Of a stretch of DNA of 39,005 nucleotides, positions 1-9,300 are shown in pieces. The position numbers and the translations under genes were made by a program. The notes under the pieces are model-generated. The model saw only the letters and a list, made by a program, of their open reading frames with translations. It was not told where the DNA came from and did not search any database. Location: the NCBI GenBank assembly GCA_046757525.1, contig JBHHYI010000018.1, positions 1 through 39,005 of the forward strand, read 5' to 3'. Source of the DNA: a bacterium. Its GTDB lineage: Bacteria; Zhuqueibacterota; Zhuqueibacteria; Oceanimicrobiales; Oceanimicrobiaceae. The stretch's first letter is position 1. The number at the start of each line of letters is the position of its first letter.

Positions 1-2
1 AC

Positions 3-36
3 GTCCGGCAACTGCCGGACTCCGCTCGGGGTGACA
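3..36. repeat. Right end of a REP/MITE-like palindromic repeat, truncated by the window edge
   Basis: Hairpin GTCCGGCA-AC-TGCCGGAC (3-20) followed by TCCGCTCGGGGTGACA. It ends in TGACA like the other repeats and resembles CGTCCGGAAGCAGCCGTACTCGAAATGACA at 22500-22529. Confidence 0.5.
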
Positions 37-73
37 ATATGGTGGTTAGAGGCCCTTAAGTTGACGCCAAAAC

Positions 74-134
74 GAGAAAGCGGAAATCTATAACTCGTTG
101 ATTTTTATGGATTCCTGCTTTCGCAGGAATGACA
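74..134. repeat. REP/RPE-like palindromic element (GTCATTCCTGCGAAAGCAGGAATCCA type)
   Basis: TGGATTCCTGC-TTTC-GCAGGAATGACA at 108-134 has an 8-bp stem. A degenerate inverted arm GAGAAAGCGGAAATCTA lies at 74-90. Confidence 0.65.
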
Positions 135-303
135 AATCTGAGGCTTTTTTCTACTTTGTTGACAGCCCCGACGAAGTTTCTCTCAAGGAGCGTGAGGTTG
201 TACTTTTCAAACTCGTGCAAGATGCCCCTGCCAAAAATCCGCACGCGCCGTAAATGACCTGTTGGGTGCTGACGGTGCCTGGCTGACTCGAAGCAAAAAT
301 CTC

Positions 304-332
304 TTGACGCTTTACGATTAATTCAATACCTT
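304..332 (+). promoter_or_regulatory. Putative sigma70 promoter of the GT2 operon
   Basis: TTGACG, 17-nt spacer, TACCTT, ending 18 nt upstream of ATG 351. Confidence 0.5.
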
Positions 333-350
333 GGTCGAACTCAGAACTCA

Positions 351-1460
351 ATGCTTTGGAACATGCCTGAAATCTTAGCCACACTCGCAGCACTCATCTA
401 CGCCACCATTCTGGTGTTTTTGCTTTGGGGTCTTTTGCGAATAAGAAACAAGCCCCAAAAACACAGACCCACGATTTCCATCGTGGTGGCCGCCAAAAAC
501 GAAGAAAACCATTTGCCAGCCTGTCTGCGAGCCTTGGCGAGGCAAAGCTACCCTGTCGAGTTAACGCAAGTTGTAGTAGTGAACGACCGTTCGACAGACG
601 CAACCGCTGCAATTCTCAAGGGGCATTCTACTCGCCTCGCTCACCTCAAAACCGTGGACATCACGAACACGCCCAACGGCATCAGCCCCAAGAAGCACGC
701 CCTGCAAACCGGCATTGCCAACGCCACCGGTGAGCTGATTTTCACCACCGACGCCGACTGCACACCGCCGCCGCAGTGGATTTCCGAAACCCTGCCGCTG
801 TTCGACCAAAATGTCGGCATGGTCGTGGGCCTGGCACCGCTGTTACCCGGGCACTCTCTCTTGAGCCGACTCCTGAGCCTTGACAGCCTGGCCACTGCTT
901 TTGTTTCGGCAGGGGCCATCGGCTGGAATTGCGCGACCACCTGTGCGGGAAGAAACCTGGCCTACCGCAAAGAAGCTTTTGAAGAAGTAGGAGGTTTTCA
1001 ATCGATCAACCACAGTCTCTCAGGTGACGACGATTTGTTTCTGCAATTGCTGAAGAAACGCACGAGCTGGAACGCAGTTGTTTCACTCAACGTCAGGACA
1101 GTGGTGCCCAGCCCGGCACCGGAATCGTTGGTCGCATTTTTTGCGCAGAAACGCCGCCACGTCTCTGCCGGTAAATACTACTCCAGGCCGCTGCAGCTCG
1201 TCTATTTGCTCTATCATCTGGCCAACGGCACCTTGTGGGCTTTTTTGTTTGCCTCGTTTTTGCGCAGCCACTTCATCTTCCTGGCAAGCTTACTCTTTGG
1301 TGCTAAGTTGTTTCTGGACTTTCTGGCCCTCTATTTGACGGCGCAGAAGTTAAACTTGCAACGTCTCCTGGTCTACTTTCCCGCCTGGGAAGCGTTTTTT
1401 ATTTTGACGCAACTTTTTGTTGCTCCATTAGCCTTTGTTGGAAAAGTCAAATGGAAGTAA
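351..1460 (+). CDS. Membrane-bound GT2-family glycosyltransferase
   Basis: N-terminal TM helix, ISIVVAAKNEE, VNDRSTD, TDADC (DxD), SGDDDLF and QKRRH (variant of QxxRW), C-terminal TM helices. Start could be ATG 363. Confidence 0.9.
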   Translation: MLWNMPEILATLAALIYATILVFLLWGLLRIRNKPQKHRPTISIVVAAKNEENHLPACLRALARQSYPVELTQVVVVNDRSTDATAAILKGHSTRLAHLKTVDITNTPNGISPKKHALQTGIANATGELIFTTDADCTPPPQWISETLPLFDQNVGMVVGLAPLLPGHSLLSRLLSLDSLATAFVSAGAIGWNCATTCAGRNLAYRKEAFEEVGGFQSINHSLSGDDDLFLQLLKKRTSWNAVVSLNVRTVVPSPAPESLVAFFAQKRRHVSAGKYYSRPLQLVYLLYHLANGTLWAFLFASFLRSHFIFLASLLFGAKLFLDFLALYLTAQKLNLQRLLVYFPAWEAFFILTQLFVAPLAFVGKVKWK

Positions 1461-2353
1461 ACCAGCGCCCGGCCACCGCGACATGGGAGGCTGCTTTCAG
1501 GACCTTGCCGCCAAAAAACCACCCCAATTACCGACTCTGGGCCAACTATTCCCGCTTCGCCCCTGTTCGTGGCAGTCTGGTCAGCGACATTCTGAGCTCG
1601 TTTGTCGCGGTAGACCAGGCCAGAATTCTCGACCTCGGCTGTGGGGACGGCGGCGCCGCGTTTGCCCTTGCGGCCAAAGGCGCCCGGCTCACGGCGCTGG
1701 ATTTTAATCCGGTGAGAATTCAAAAACTGAAGCAGCAAACCGCCGCAAACGATCACGATTTGACCATTTTAACCGGGGATGCTCACGGTTTGCCATTCAG
1801 GACTGCCACTTTTGACGCCGTCATTTTGCAAGACGTTCTGGAGCATCTGCCCCACCCTGAGCAGGCGGTTGCAGAGCTTGCGAGAGTGTTGAAACCCAAT
1901 GGTTACGTTTACCTTTCCACGCCCAACCGCTGGTCGCCACTGAATTTCCTGTCAGACCCGCACTGGAACCTGCCCCTGCTGGCCGCGCTTCCCAGGAAAG
2001 CGGTGAGCTTTGTTGTAACCAAACTGGTGCGTCGCGAAAATTTGGCCCGTCCAGATTTCGCGGCCTTGCTCTCGCTGTTTAGAGTCCGCCGAATGTTCCA
2101 CCGCACCGAGTTTGAGTTGCAATTCCTCAACCGCAGAATTGCCAGGGCGCTTTTTAGCCGTCCTACCGCCGTGGTCAACAGCGACATCCACTTGAAGATT
2201 GTAAACGGACTGAAGCGATTAAAATTGGCAAAACTGGTCATCCAAATGGTGAACGACAAGTTCGGCCTTTTCAACTTCGTACTCAACCCGACCTGGTATC
2301 TGATTGGCAAAAAAAGAGGCTCTGTTTGGGTTGAACCCGGCACCAAGACCTGA
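1451..2353 (+). CDS. Class I SAM-dependent methyltransferase
   Basis: ILDLGCGDG motif I, LTGDAHGLPF, FDAVILQDVLEHL, RVLKPNG and STPN. Overlaps the upstream gene by 10 nt. Confidence 0.9.
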   Translation: MEVNQRPATATWEAAFRTLPPKNHPNYRLWANYSRFAPVRGSLVSDILSSFVAVDQARILDLGCGDGGAAFALAAKGARLTALDFNPVRIQKLKQQTAANDHDLTILTGDAHGLPFRTATFDAVILQDVLEHLPHPEQAVAELARVLKPNGYVYLSTPNRWSPLNFLSDPHWNLPLLAALPRKAVSFVVTKLVRRENLARPDFAALLSLFRVRRMFHRTEFELQFLNRRIARALFSRPTAVVNSDIHLKIVNGLKRLKLAKLVIQMVNDKFGLFNFVLNPTWYLIGKKRGSVWVEPGTKT

Positions 2354-2361
2354 CAAAGCTC

Positions 2362-3378
2362 GTGAAAGAAATTCCGCTGACACAGCTCATCCAAACCATC
2401 ACCCTGCAAAGGCTTGCCAATGCTGGACTGGTAACGGCTTCTTATCTGTTTTCAGCTTTACTGAAAAAGAACTTCCTTTGGGGCTCGCCTTTCGTGCTGA
2501 CGGTGGAACCGACGAATCTTTGCAACCTGAAATGCCCTTTGTGTGTCACCGGCAACGGCCGGATGACGCGAAAAACAGGTCAACTGTCTTACCAGACTTT
2601 CAAAGAGATCATCGACCAGGTGGGTGACAAACTCGTCTACTTGCTTCTGTACCACCAGGGGGAACCGTTCCTCAACAAGAATTTCCTCAAATTCGTTGAA
2701 TACGCCAGAAGCAAACGCATTTTTGTGACCACCAGCACCAACGCACACTATCTCGACGAAGACGTGGCGCGACAGGTCGTGGCCTCTGGACTCAATTCCG
2801 CAATCATTTCCCTGGACGGTGCGGATCAAGAACACTACGCCACCTACCGCGTCGGCGGTGATTTGGCCAGGGTTCTGGCCGGCGTCAAAAACCTGGTGCG
2901 GGAAAAGAAGCGCTGCAAAAGCAGGACGCCGGCCATTTTCCTGCAATTCATCGTTATGAAACACAACCAGCACCAGATCCGAAGCATGCAAAAACTGGCC
3001 AAAGAGCTGCAAGTCGACAGACTGCTCATCAAGAGCGTGCAGGTTGAAACCGAGCAGGAAGCCAGGCGCTGGCTGCCCGACACCGAGGCGCTGAGCAGAT
3101 ACCGCTACGACGGCAGGCATTTGCAGACCAAAAGCAGAGGCAGAGGCCCCTGTCCGCGCCCGTGGACAAGTAGCCTGGTAAACTGGGATGGTTCGGTGGT
3201 ACCGTGCTGTTTCGACAAGAACGGGCGGTACACTTTGGGGTCGCTGAAAGGCAATGAAACCTTTGAACAAATTTGGCAAGCCGAGAAATATGATAGCTTC
3301 AGAAAGAAAATGCTCAAAGAACGCAAAGAGCTTGACATCTGTTCCAACTGCTCTCAAGGGCTGCGTCTCTTCCTATAA
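2362..3378 (+). CDS. Radical SAM protein with SPASM/Twitch domain (BtrN-like)
   Basis: CNLKCPLC (CxxxCxxC), QGEP, ISLDG, and C-terminal CPRPW...DGSVVPCC...CSNC. GTG start. Confidence 0.92.
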   Translation: MKEIPLTQLIQTITLQRLANAGLVTASYLFSALLKKNFLWGSPFVLTVEPTNLCNLKCPLCVTGNGRMTRKTGQLSYQTFKEIIDQVGDKLVYLLLYHQGEPFLNKNFLKFVEYARSKRIFVTTSTNAHYLDEDVARQVVASGLNSAIISLDGADQEHYATYRVGGDLARVLAGVKNLVREKKRCKSRTPAIFLQFIVMKHNQHQIRSMQKLAKELQVDRLLIKSVQVETEQEARRWLPDTEALSRYRYDGRHLQTKSRGRGPCPRPWTSSLVNWDGSVVPCCFDKNGRYTLGSLKGNETFEQIWQAEKYDSFRKKMLKERKELDICSNCSQGLRLFL

Positions 3379-3385
3379 ACACCTT

Positions 3386-4381
3386 TTGCTGTTCTGGGTT
3401 AAGGTGGTCATCGCCATCGTGGCCCTGCTAATTTTGGCGGGCAAATTCCGTGCTTCTCTGTTGTTTCAGAGCCTCTTCACCTTGAGATGGCCGTTTTTCG
3501 TCTTAGCATTGGTCTTAGTTGTGCCGAACATCTGCCTGCAAGTGGCCAAGTGGCATGGCCTGTTAAAATCAGCGAGATCGACCACGCCCTTTCAGGTCGC
3601 CCTAAAATCGACGCTGGTCGGATTTCCCCTGGGCTTTGCCACTCCAGGACGCCTGGGTGAGATCGGGCGCGCTTTGTTCGTGCACGACCTGAACCGTGGC
3701 ACCGCACTAAAATTAGCGGTCATCGACAAAGGCAGTAACCTGGTGGTCACCACCGGGGCAGGCCTGCTGGGACTCTTCGGGCTGTTAAGCGCCGGGCACC
3801 CGGCCGAATTGGACTTAGCCCTGCGCATCATAAACTGGGGCGCCCTGCCAACTCTCCTCCTCCTATGGCTTCCGGTTGCAAAAACAAAAGAAAAATGGCG
3901 TCGGTATTTTGCCGACTTGAGCTTAGACCGGAAAGCTTATTGCAGGCTTTTTGGCTTCTCGTTCGCCTTTTACGCCATTTTCTTCACCCAATTCATCTGC
4001 CTGCTCATGAGTTTCCAATCGATCAATCCCCTGCCTGCGCTGGCACCTTCGGCCTCGGTCTTCCTGGCTAAATCATTGCTGCCGATTTCAATTGGTGACC
4101 TGGGCATTCGGGAAGGTTTCGCAATTTACTTCCTCAGCCCAATCGGAGTGCACGCCGCAACCGCCTTCAACGCCGCCTTGCTGCTTTTCCTGCTCAATGT
4201 AGGACTGCCGACGGTTTGGGGAACTTACTATCTGTTTGAGGTGGGACGGCATTCTTCGCCGGTGAATTCAAGGAATGCGCAGAGGCTCCACAAAGATTCG
4301 GAGCTAAATGCCAAAGAGTTGCAAATTTTAACAGGGAATAAAAGACGGCAAGCTTCTTGGAGAAGATCCCGGCAATCGTGA
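3386..4381 (+). CDS. UPF0104 / lysylphosphatidylglycerol-synthase-TM (flippase-like) membrane protein
   Basis: Multiple TM helices, TPGRLGEIGR, LPISIGDLGIRE. Start is uncertain: the ORF opens at 3254, and TTG 3386 was chosen because it follows the rSAM stop. Confidence 0.8.
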   Translation: MLFWVKVVIAIVALLILAGKFRASLLFQSLFTLRWPFFVLALVLVVPNICLQVAKWHGLLKSARSTTPFQVALKSTLVGFPLGFATPGRLGEIGRALFVHDLNRGTALKLAVIDKGSNLVVTTGAGLLGLFGLLSAGHPAELDLALRIINWGALPTLLLLWLPVAKTKEKWRRYFADLSLDRKAYCRLFGFSFAFYAIFFTQFICLLMSFQSINPLPALAPSASVFLAKSLLPISIGDLGIREGFAIYFLSPIGVHAATAFNAALLLFLLNVGLPTVWGTYYLFEVGRHSSPVNSRNAQRLHKDSELNAKELQILTGNKRRQASWRRSRQS

Positions 4382-4481
4382 CCTTCTGGATTGCCCTAAG
4401 TTCCGAACTCTAAGTCGGTTTGTAGGAATATTTTGAAACCGTGGCCGTGCCGTGCCCAGAGTTGTAGTCAGGGCCGCGTCT

Positions 4482-5534
4482 CTAATACCGTATGGCGAAG
4501 GAGACGAACTTCACGTCGTTTAATCTGCCATAATCTGCCCAGCCGAAGTCGAGCTTGAGATTGGTGCCCACCGCATCGTATCGTAAGCCGACCCCGAAAG
4601 TCGCACCCTGCTCGCTATTTTCGAGAAACAGAGCCTTGTAGCCACCACGTAAGAACAGCACGTTCCTGATGCCCAATTCAAAGCCGCTATTGACGAACTC
4701 TGTGTTGTCGTTGGGCTGCGTTCCGTCCGCCGCAGCAATGATGGTAATGTCGTTGCTGTGCACCACTTTCCAGGCCAGGCCGAATCTAAAATTCAGGGGC
4801 AACTCGAAATTGTCTGTCCGAAACTTAGAAGGCACCTCATCGACCGAACCTTCAGCGGGCAGCGGGTCTTCATTGAAAAAAAGATCGCGGCCGTCGAGCT
4901 TCAGTTTGGTGCCAAAATTTGAGATGGCTGCGCCCAACGTTACATTCTTGAATGGCGTGTCGTAAAGGATCCCGATGTCAAAAGCGCCGCCGCGGGCTGT
5001 TTCGTTAAAAATGTTTTCCTGAATAAACTTGCCCGTTATACCGATTGAAAACCGATCCGTCAACCTTCGTGCAAATGTGAGGCCCAACGAGATGGAATTC
5101 GAATCAAAAAATTGACCTGTACCGTCCGGATCCCGCACCGTTCTCACCACATCTTCCGGCACTCTGAACGAAGTCACTTGAAAGCCGATGGAACCGATAT
5201 TGCCGGCGTTGAGAGAAAACGCTGCGAAATCAAATTGCGTGCTGGCCAGCCATTCGGAATGATTGAACGTGGCTTCCCCCGTACCGCCGACGCGGGCCAA
5301 ACCGGCCGGATTCCAATAAATCGATAAAATGTCGTTGGCCAGAGCTGTATAAGCGCCCCCCATGGAAATGGGCCTGGCGCCAGCGCCGATTTTCAGAAAC
5401 TGTGCCGAAGTGGTGCCCACGCGATTGATGGTGTCCACGTTCTGACTATCGCCCCCGTTCTGCGACAGGGCATTTTTTGAAAGAAACAAGGTAAGGCAAA
5501 CGAGCAAGCCTGCGGCTATGTTCAACTTCTTCAT
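4482..5534 (-). CDS. PorV/PorQ-family (UPF0164) outer-membrane beta-barrel protein
   Basis: Signal peptide, GTTSAQFLKIGAGARPISMGGA, IYWNPAGLA, amphipathic beta-strands, terminal aromatic residue (FAIRY). Confidence 0.85.
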   Translation of the reverse strand: MKKLNIAAGLLVCLTLFLSKNALSQNGGDSQNVDTINRVGTTSAQFLKIGAGARPISMGGAYTALANDILSIYWNPAGLARVGGTGEATFNHSEWLASTQFDFAAFSLNAGNIGSIGFQVTSFRVPEDVVRTVRDPDGTGQFFDSNSISLGLTFARRLTDRFSIGITGKFIQENIFNETARGGAFDIGILYDTPFKNVTLGAAISNFGTKLKLDGRDLFFNEDPLPAEGSVDEVPSKFRTDNFELPLNFRFGLAWKVVHSNDITIIAAADGTQPNDNTEFVNSGFELGIRNVLFLRGGYKALFLENSEQGATFGVGLRYDAVGTNLKLDFGWADYGRLNDVKFVSFAIRY

Positions 5535-5547
5535 GACACGTACTCTC

Positions 5548-5970
5548 TTAAATTAAAGCTTGTACAATAGTTTTAAATTCTTCTATCTCTTTGAAATCCT
5601 CTTTTATGATTTCATAGGCGACAGCATGATCAATTTTCAAATAGGCATGAACCAAAATGTTGCGATAACCACTCCAATCCTGGAGTTTAGCAGAAAGCTC
5701 TGCGTCGATGTAATTGTGATCTTGCAGTATTTGAAAGATTTCACGATAGCTTCCTGGGGACCCTAAATTTTGCTCAGCGACAATATGACTTCCCACATCG
5801 AGGAGACATTCCGCTAATAAATGAAGATATCTCTCAGCTAAGTCGTGTATCGCTGCATTTGTTAAAAATTGCTGCTTCGAGAATTTCTTAAACGCTCTAA
5901 GTTTCGTCAAATAGTCTTCTAACGCGTTCAAGCGACTGTGTAAAACTTCTCGTGCTACCACGCTTGGCAC
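5548..5970 (-). CDS. hepT: HEPN/DUF86 RNase toxin (HepT-like, type VII TA)
   Basis: RNILVHAY matches RX4HXY; also AERYLHL and PGSYREIF. Directly downstream of the MNT gene. Start may be GTG 5961. Confidence 0.88.
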   Translation of the reverse strand: MPSVVAREVLHSRLNALEDYLTKLRAFKKFSKQQFLTNAAIHDLAERYLHLLAECLLDVGSHIVAEQNLGSPGSYREIFQILQDHNYIDAELSAKLQDWSGYRNILVHAYLKIDHAVAYEIIKEDFKEIEEFKTIVQALI

Positions 5971-6385
5971 CTGTGCTTAATCGTTCCTTTGCGGCTTTCA
6001 TGTGAAAGTCCCGCAGATGGCTGGTGTCACAATACTCCCGGATGGTGTTTGTGACGAATTCGATTCTCTTGCCTGGATGCTGGCAATAAAGTAAAACCCC
6101 ATTCTTGAGCACCTCATGTCGCAACAAAATCGGACATTCATTCAAAATGACCAAATCTACCGAATCAGTTCCCAACGTGTCCATGACCTGCCCAATAAGC
6201 CTGACACGCAATCGCCAATGCGCCGAAAGATCGATCTTGTCGTTCAGGTAGACCGCCACATCAACATCGCTGATTGGCGTTGGCCTCTCGCAGGCCGCAG
6301 AACCAAACAGATAAGCCAGTTCAACTTCCCGGGTCGACTCGAACAATGGACCCAGCTTTTTTACAATTTCCTTTTTTGACCTCAT
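5897..6385 (-). CDS. mntA: Minimal nucleotidyltransferase antitoxin (MntA-like)
   Basis: LAYLFGS-AACERPTPIS-DVD is an exact GSX10DXD motif; also VDLVILN and EVLKNGVLLY. The ATG overlaps the upstream TGA (ATGA). Confidence 0.88.
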   Translation of the reverse strand: MRSKKEIVKKLGPLFESTREVELAYLFGSAACERPTPISDVDVAVYLNDKIDLSAHWRLRVRLIGQVMDTLGTDSVDLVILNECPILLRHEVLKNGVLLYCQHPGKRIEFVTNTIREYCDTSHLRDFHMKAAKERLSTGAKRGSTRSFTQSLERVRRLFDET

Positions 6386-9300
6386 TTTATCAGAGCGAAT
6401 CTCCCGACCTTGGTGCCGATGCCTGGAGCATCCACATGATAAATATAAATTCCGTAGGAGGTTTGTTGCGATTCAAACGTCAGCAGCCGCCAGGTGACGA
6501 AATCGCTGGTGTCGTCCTTTTCAATGGTGTCGACCAGCTCGCCGACGATGGTGTAGATTCTTACAGTACATTTCTGCGGCAGATGTCTAAACTGGATTTG
6601 CAGATCATCGCGTTGATCCGAACGCGGCGCTGCAATTTCAGAAGCGCTGAACGCAATATACGGATTGGGCACCACGATCACGTCGTCCAGGGCGTTGCGC
6701 GCCTCCTGCTTGTCAAAAGAAGGGGCACTGGTGGTGAAGGAGTATTTGTCACCCGCCTCAAACGGCTTCTTTGAGAAGAACAGGAAGACATCGCCCTCTC
6801 CCGGGTAGATCGGATCGTCGAAGACGATGAGGGAATCTGCGGTGCCGTCAGCCGTTCTAACGGTGTCGCTGGGCGGCGAAAACTTCACCTGGTAGACGGT
6901 CTGCGTGAACTGCTTAAAATTGGGCCGAATGATGGTAATCGATTCTTGAAAATCCCAGCGTTTGTTTCTCAGGGCCGGCACCGTCTCAGCGATGAAAAAC
7001 CTAACTCTTTCACCGGTTTCAGCATCGATGATGGTGAATGGGGCAGCCACGCCGCCCAGTTGCCGCAACGTGGTATCCGGCGCGTTCACCAATCGGCCGT
7101 CGGCGGTGGTGTCGTAGTCCACAAAGTGTATCTCAAAGTCCGCGGGAAAGGGTGCCGGATTGCCCAGGGTAGCCAGGCCAATGGACTCGACCTCAAAGTT
7201 GGTGTTGGTTTCGCGGATTTTAAACCCGCTGCGTTCCGGGTCCAGGGCGGTTTCTTCGTTTTCCGCGAAGACTCGCAGGCCGTCGAATACCGGGTTGTTA
7301 TCCTCGTTGTTGATGGAGAGACTGTTGGCCACCGGCTTAAATTGGAACGAAATGGTGAAGGTTTCACCATCGGGCAAGGCGCCGGGCGAAGTCCCGCGTA
7401 TTCTGCCGCGGTCAAAATCCACTTCGTAGCGGCTCGGGTCTACTTCGGCACCGGAAGACTCTCTCACGGTAATGCTGCCTGCAACCAGATTCTCCACGAA
7501 CAGGCTGACAAACAAAGTGTCGCGAGCCACAAAGCTTCTAATTTGCGGCTTCAAGTCAATCACCGAATAGCCCACTTTGCTGTTGACGGAATCGATAGGC
7601 ACATCTACAAAGTCGACTTCGTATTTTTTGCCGTCCACAACCTGGAAAGGATCCAGGAATTGCACCCTGACCCGGCCGGTGGCATTGCCGGTCTCGCGCA
7701 AGGCTAAATCTCCCGGACCGTTGTTCACTTGCGGGTCCGCAAAACCGGCGGCCGGCGGCCCTGGCACCACCATGGCGGTGTTCACATCCAGGGTAAACTC
7801 ACGGGTCACCGCATCGCGCTGAATGGAACGCTGGCTCTCCGAAGGTGCCAGCTCGGCCTTGACGTCGCCATGGTCGTAAGAGGTCACCGCGTAAAAATAA
7901 GTGACCCCATTGACCACATTGTTGGAATCCACAAAGGTGTGCGCCAGTCCGGAGTTGTTGCCCAGGTCGAATCGGACACCGCGGCCGGCAAATTCAATCT
8001 CGGAAAGGCCAGAGAACTCGTTGATCAAATCGAATTGCGCCGGCACGCCGTTGCTCTGCTTGAGCGGCACCGACAGAAACGGGATGCCCCTGGAATCCGT
8101 AATCGTCTGGGTGTCGTTGAAGCTAAAATCCTGACTGCGGTAAATCTTGTACCCTTCAAAATCGAATCCCTTTTCCGGTTCTTTTGGGTTGGCGCGGGCG
8201 ACGAACGGATCGAACGACGCTTCGGCACCAGTGTCCCAGTAAAGGGTCACCTTTTCGTCTCCGGGAACCGCCACCAACCTGGGTTTGTTTGGCGGCTTGG
8301 CAAAGCGGTAGTCGGCCTCGAATACTTGTTGTGAAATTTGCGCATTTGACAGCAAATCGTTCAAATCCTGGCCTAACAGAAGCGCAATGGAAAAGCGCTG
8401 GCTTTCTCCTGGTCTTAGTTTGAACGGCCCGGACCCGTAGATGAAAACATTATCCGCTTCATCCTCGATCTGGGGCGGCGGATCAGTAGGCCGTTGATTG
8501 GGCGTGGACATGAGGTTCCACATCAGCTCGTCGAATTTGGGTCGGTTGTTGCCGCCAAACAGAAGGGCATTGAAGCTGGTCAGGCCAAGCTGATCGGATT
8601 CAGCGATGTCCAGGAAGCCGAAATTGGGTTCGCCACCCAAAAAGCGCATGCCTTCTTCTCTTCGTTCAGAGGTCGGCTCCCCGGCATCGAGCATACCGTT
8701 GATGTTCAAATCCAGAAAAAAAAGCTGGTTGGGCTTACCGTCGCCCTCGCCGAAGTCGCCGGTGCCGGCAATGCCGTCCACTCCCACATCGTCAAATTCA
8801 GGCGACCAGTCACCGTCTTCGTCCCCACTCCAGTGCAGCTTGGGGTCTCCAAATCTTCCGATCGGACCAAACAGGAAGGTGCCGGCATCGTTGAAGGAGC
8901 TTTCGTCCGTCAGACCGTCGTTATCGTTGTCCTGGCCGTCGTTGTCGATTCCAGGGCTCTCCATGAAACGATAGCCAAAATAGCCGGGAATCTTGCCGCC
9001 ATCGCCCACGCCATCCTCATCGAAGGCAAACAACATATTGCGCGTATCGGGAAGAAAAGATTCGTTGAAAGCAGAAATGAAATCAGCGAAATCGTCGGCG
9101 AAATCGTTGGGCCCACCAATATGCGGGTCGCCAAACATGCCCAAAAAAACCTTGTCCAACGTTTTCGGGCTGGTATTGGTAATGGTGTAAACCAGGAAAA
9201 TGATGTCCTCGGCCAGGGGATTATTGAATTGAAAAAGTCGCACACGCATCTCTAAACCCAGGCCCCTTTTGGTCGAGTCGTCCGGAAAAGGAAAGTAGTC

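Noticed and set aside
153..169. IS terminal inverted repeat-like ACTTTGTTGACAGCCCC
   Set aside because: No partner repeat or transposase is present in the window.
56..244. 62-aa minus-strand ORF containing VIPAKAGIH
   Set aside because: That peptide is simply the translation of the palindromic repeat at 108-134.
2458..3357. 299-aa antisense ORF
   Set aside because: It is a shadow of the radical SAM gene with no recognisable motifs.
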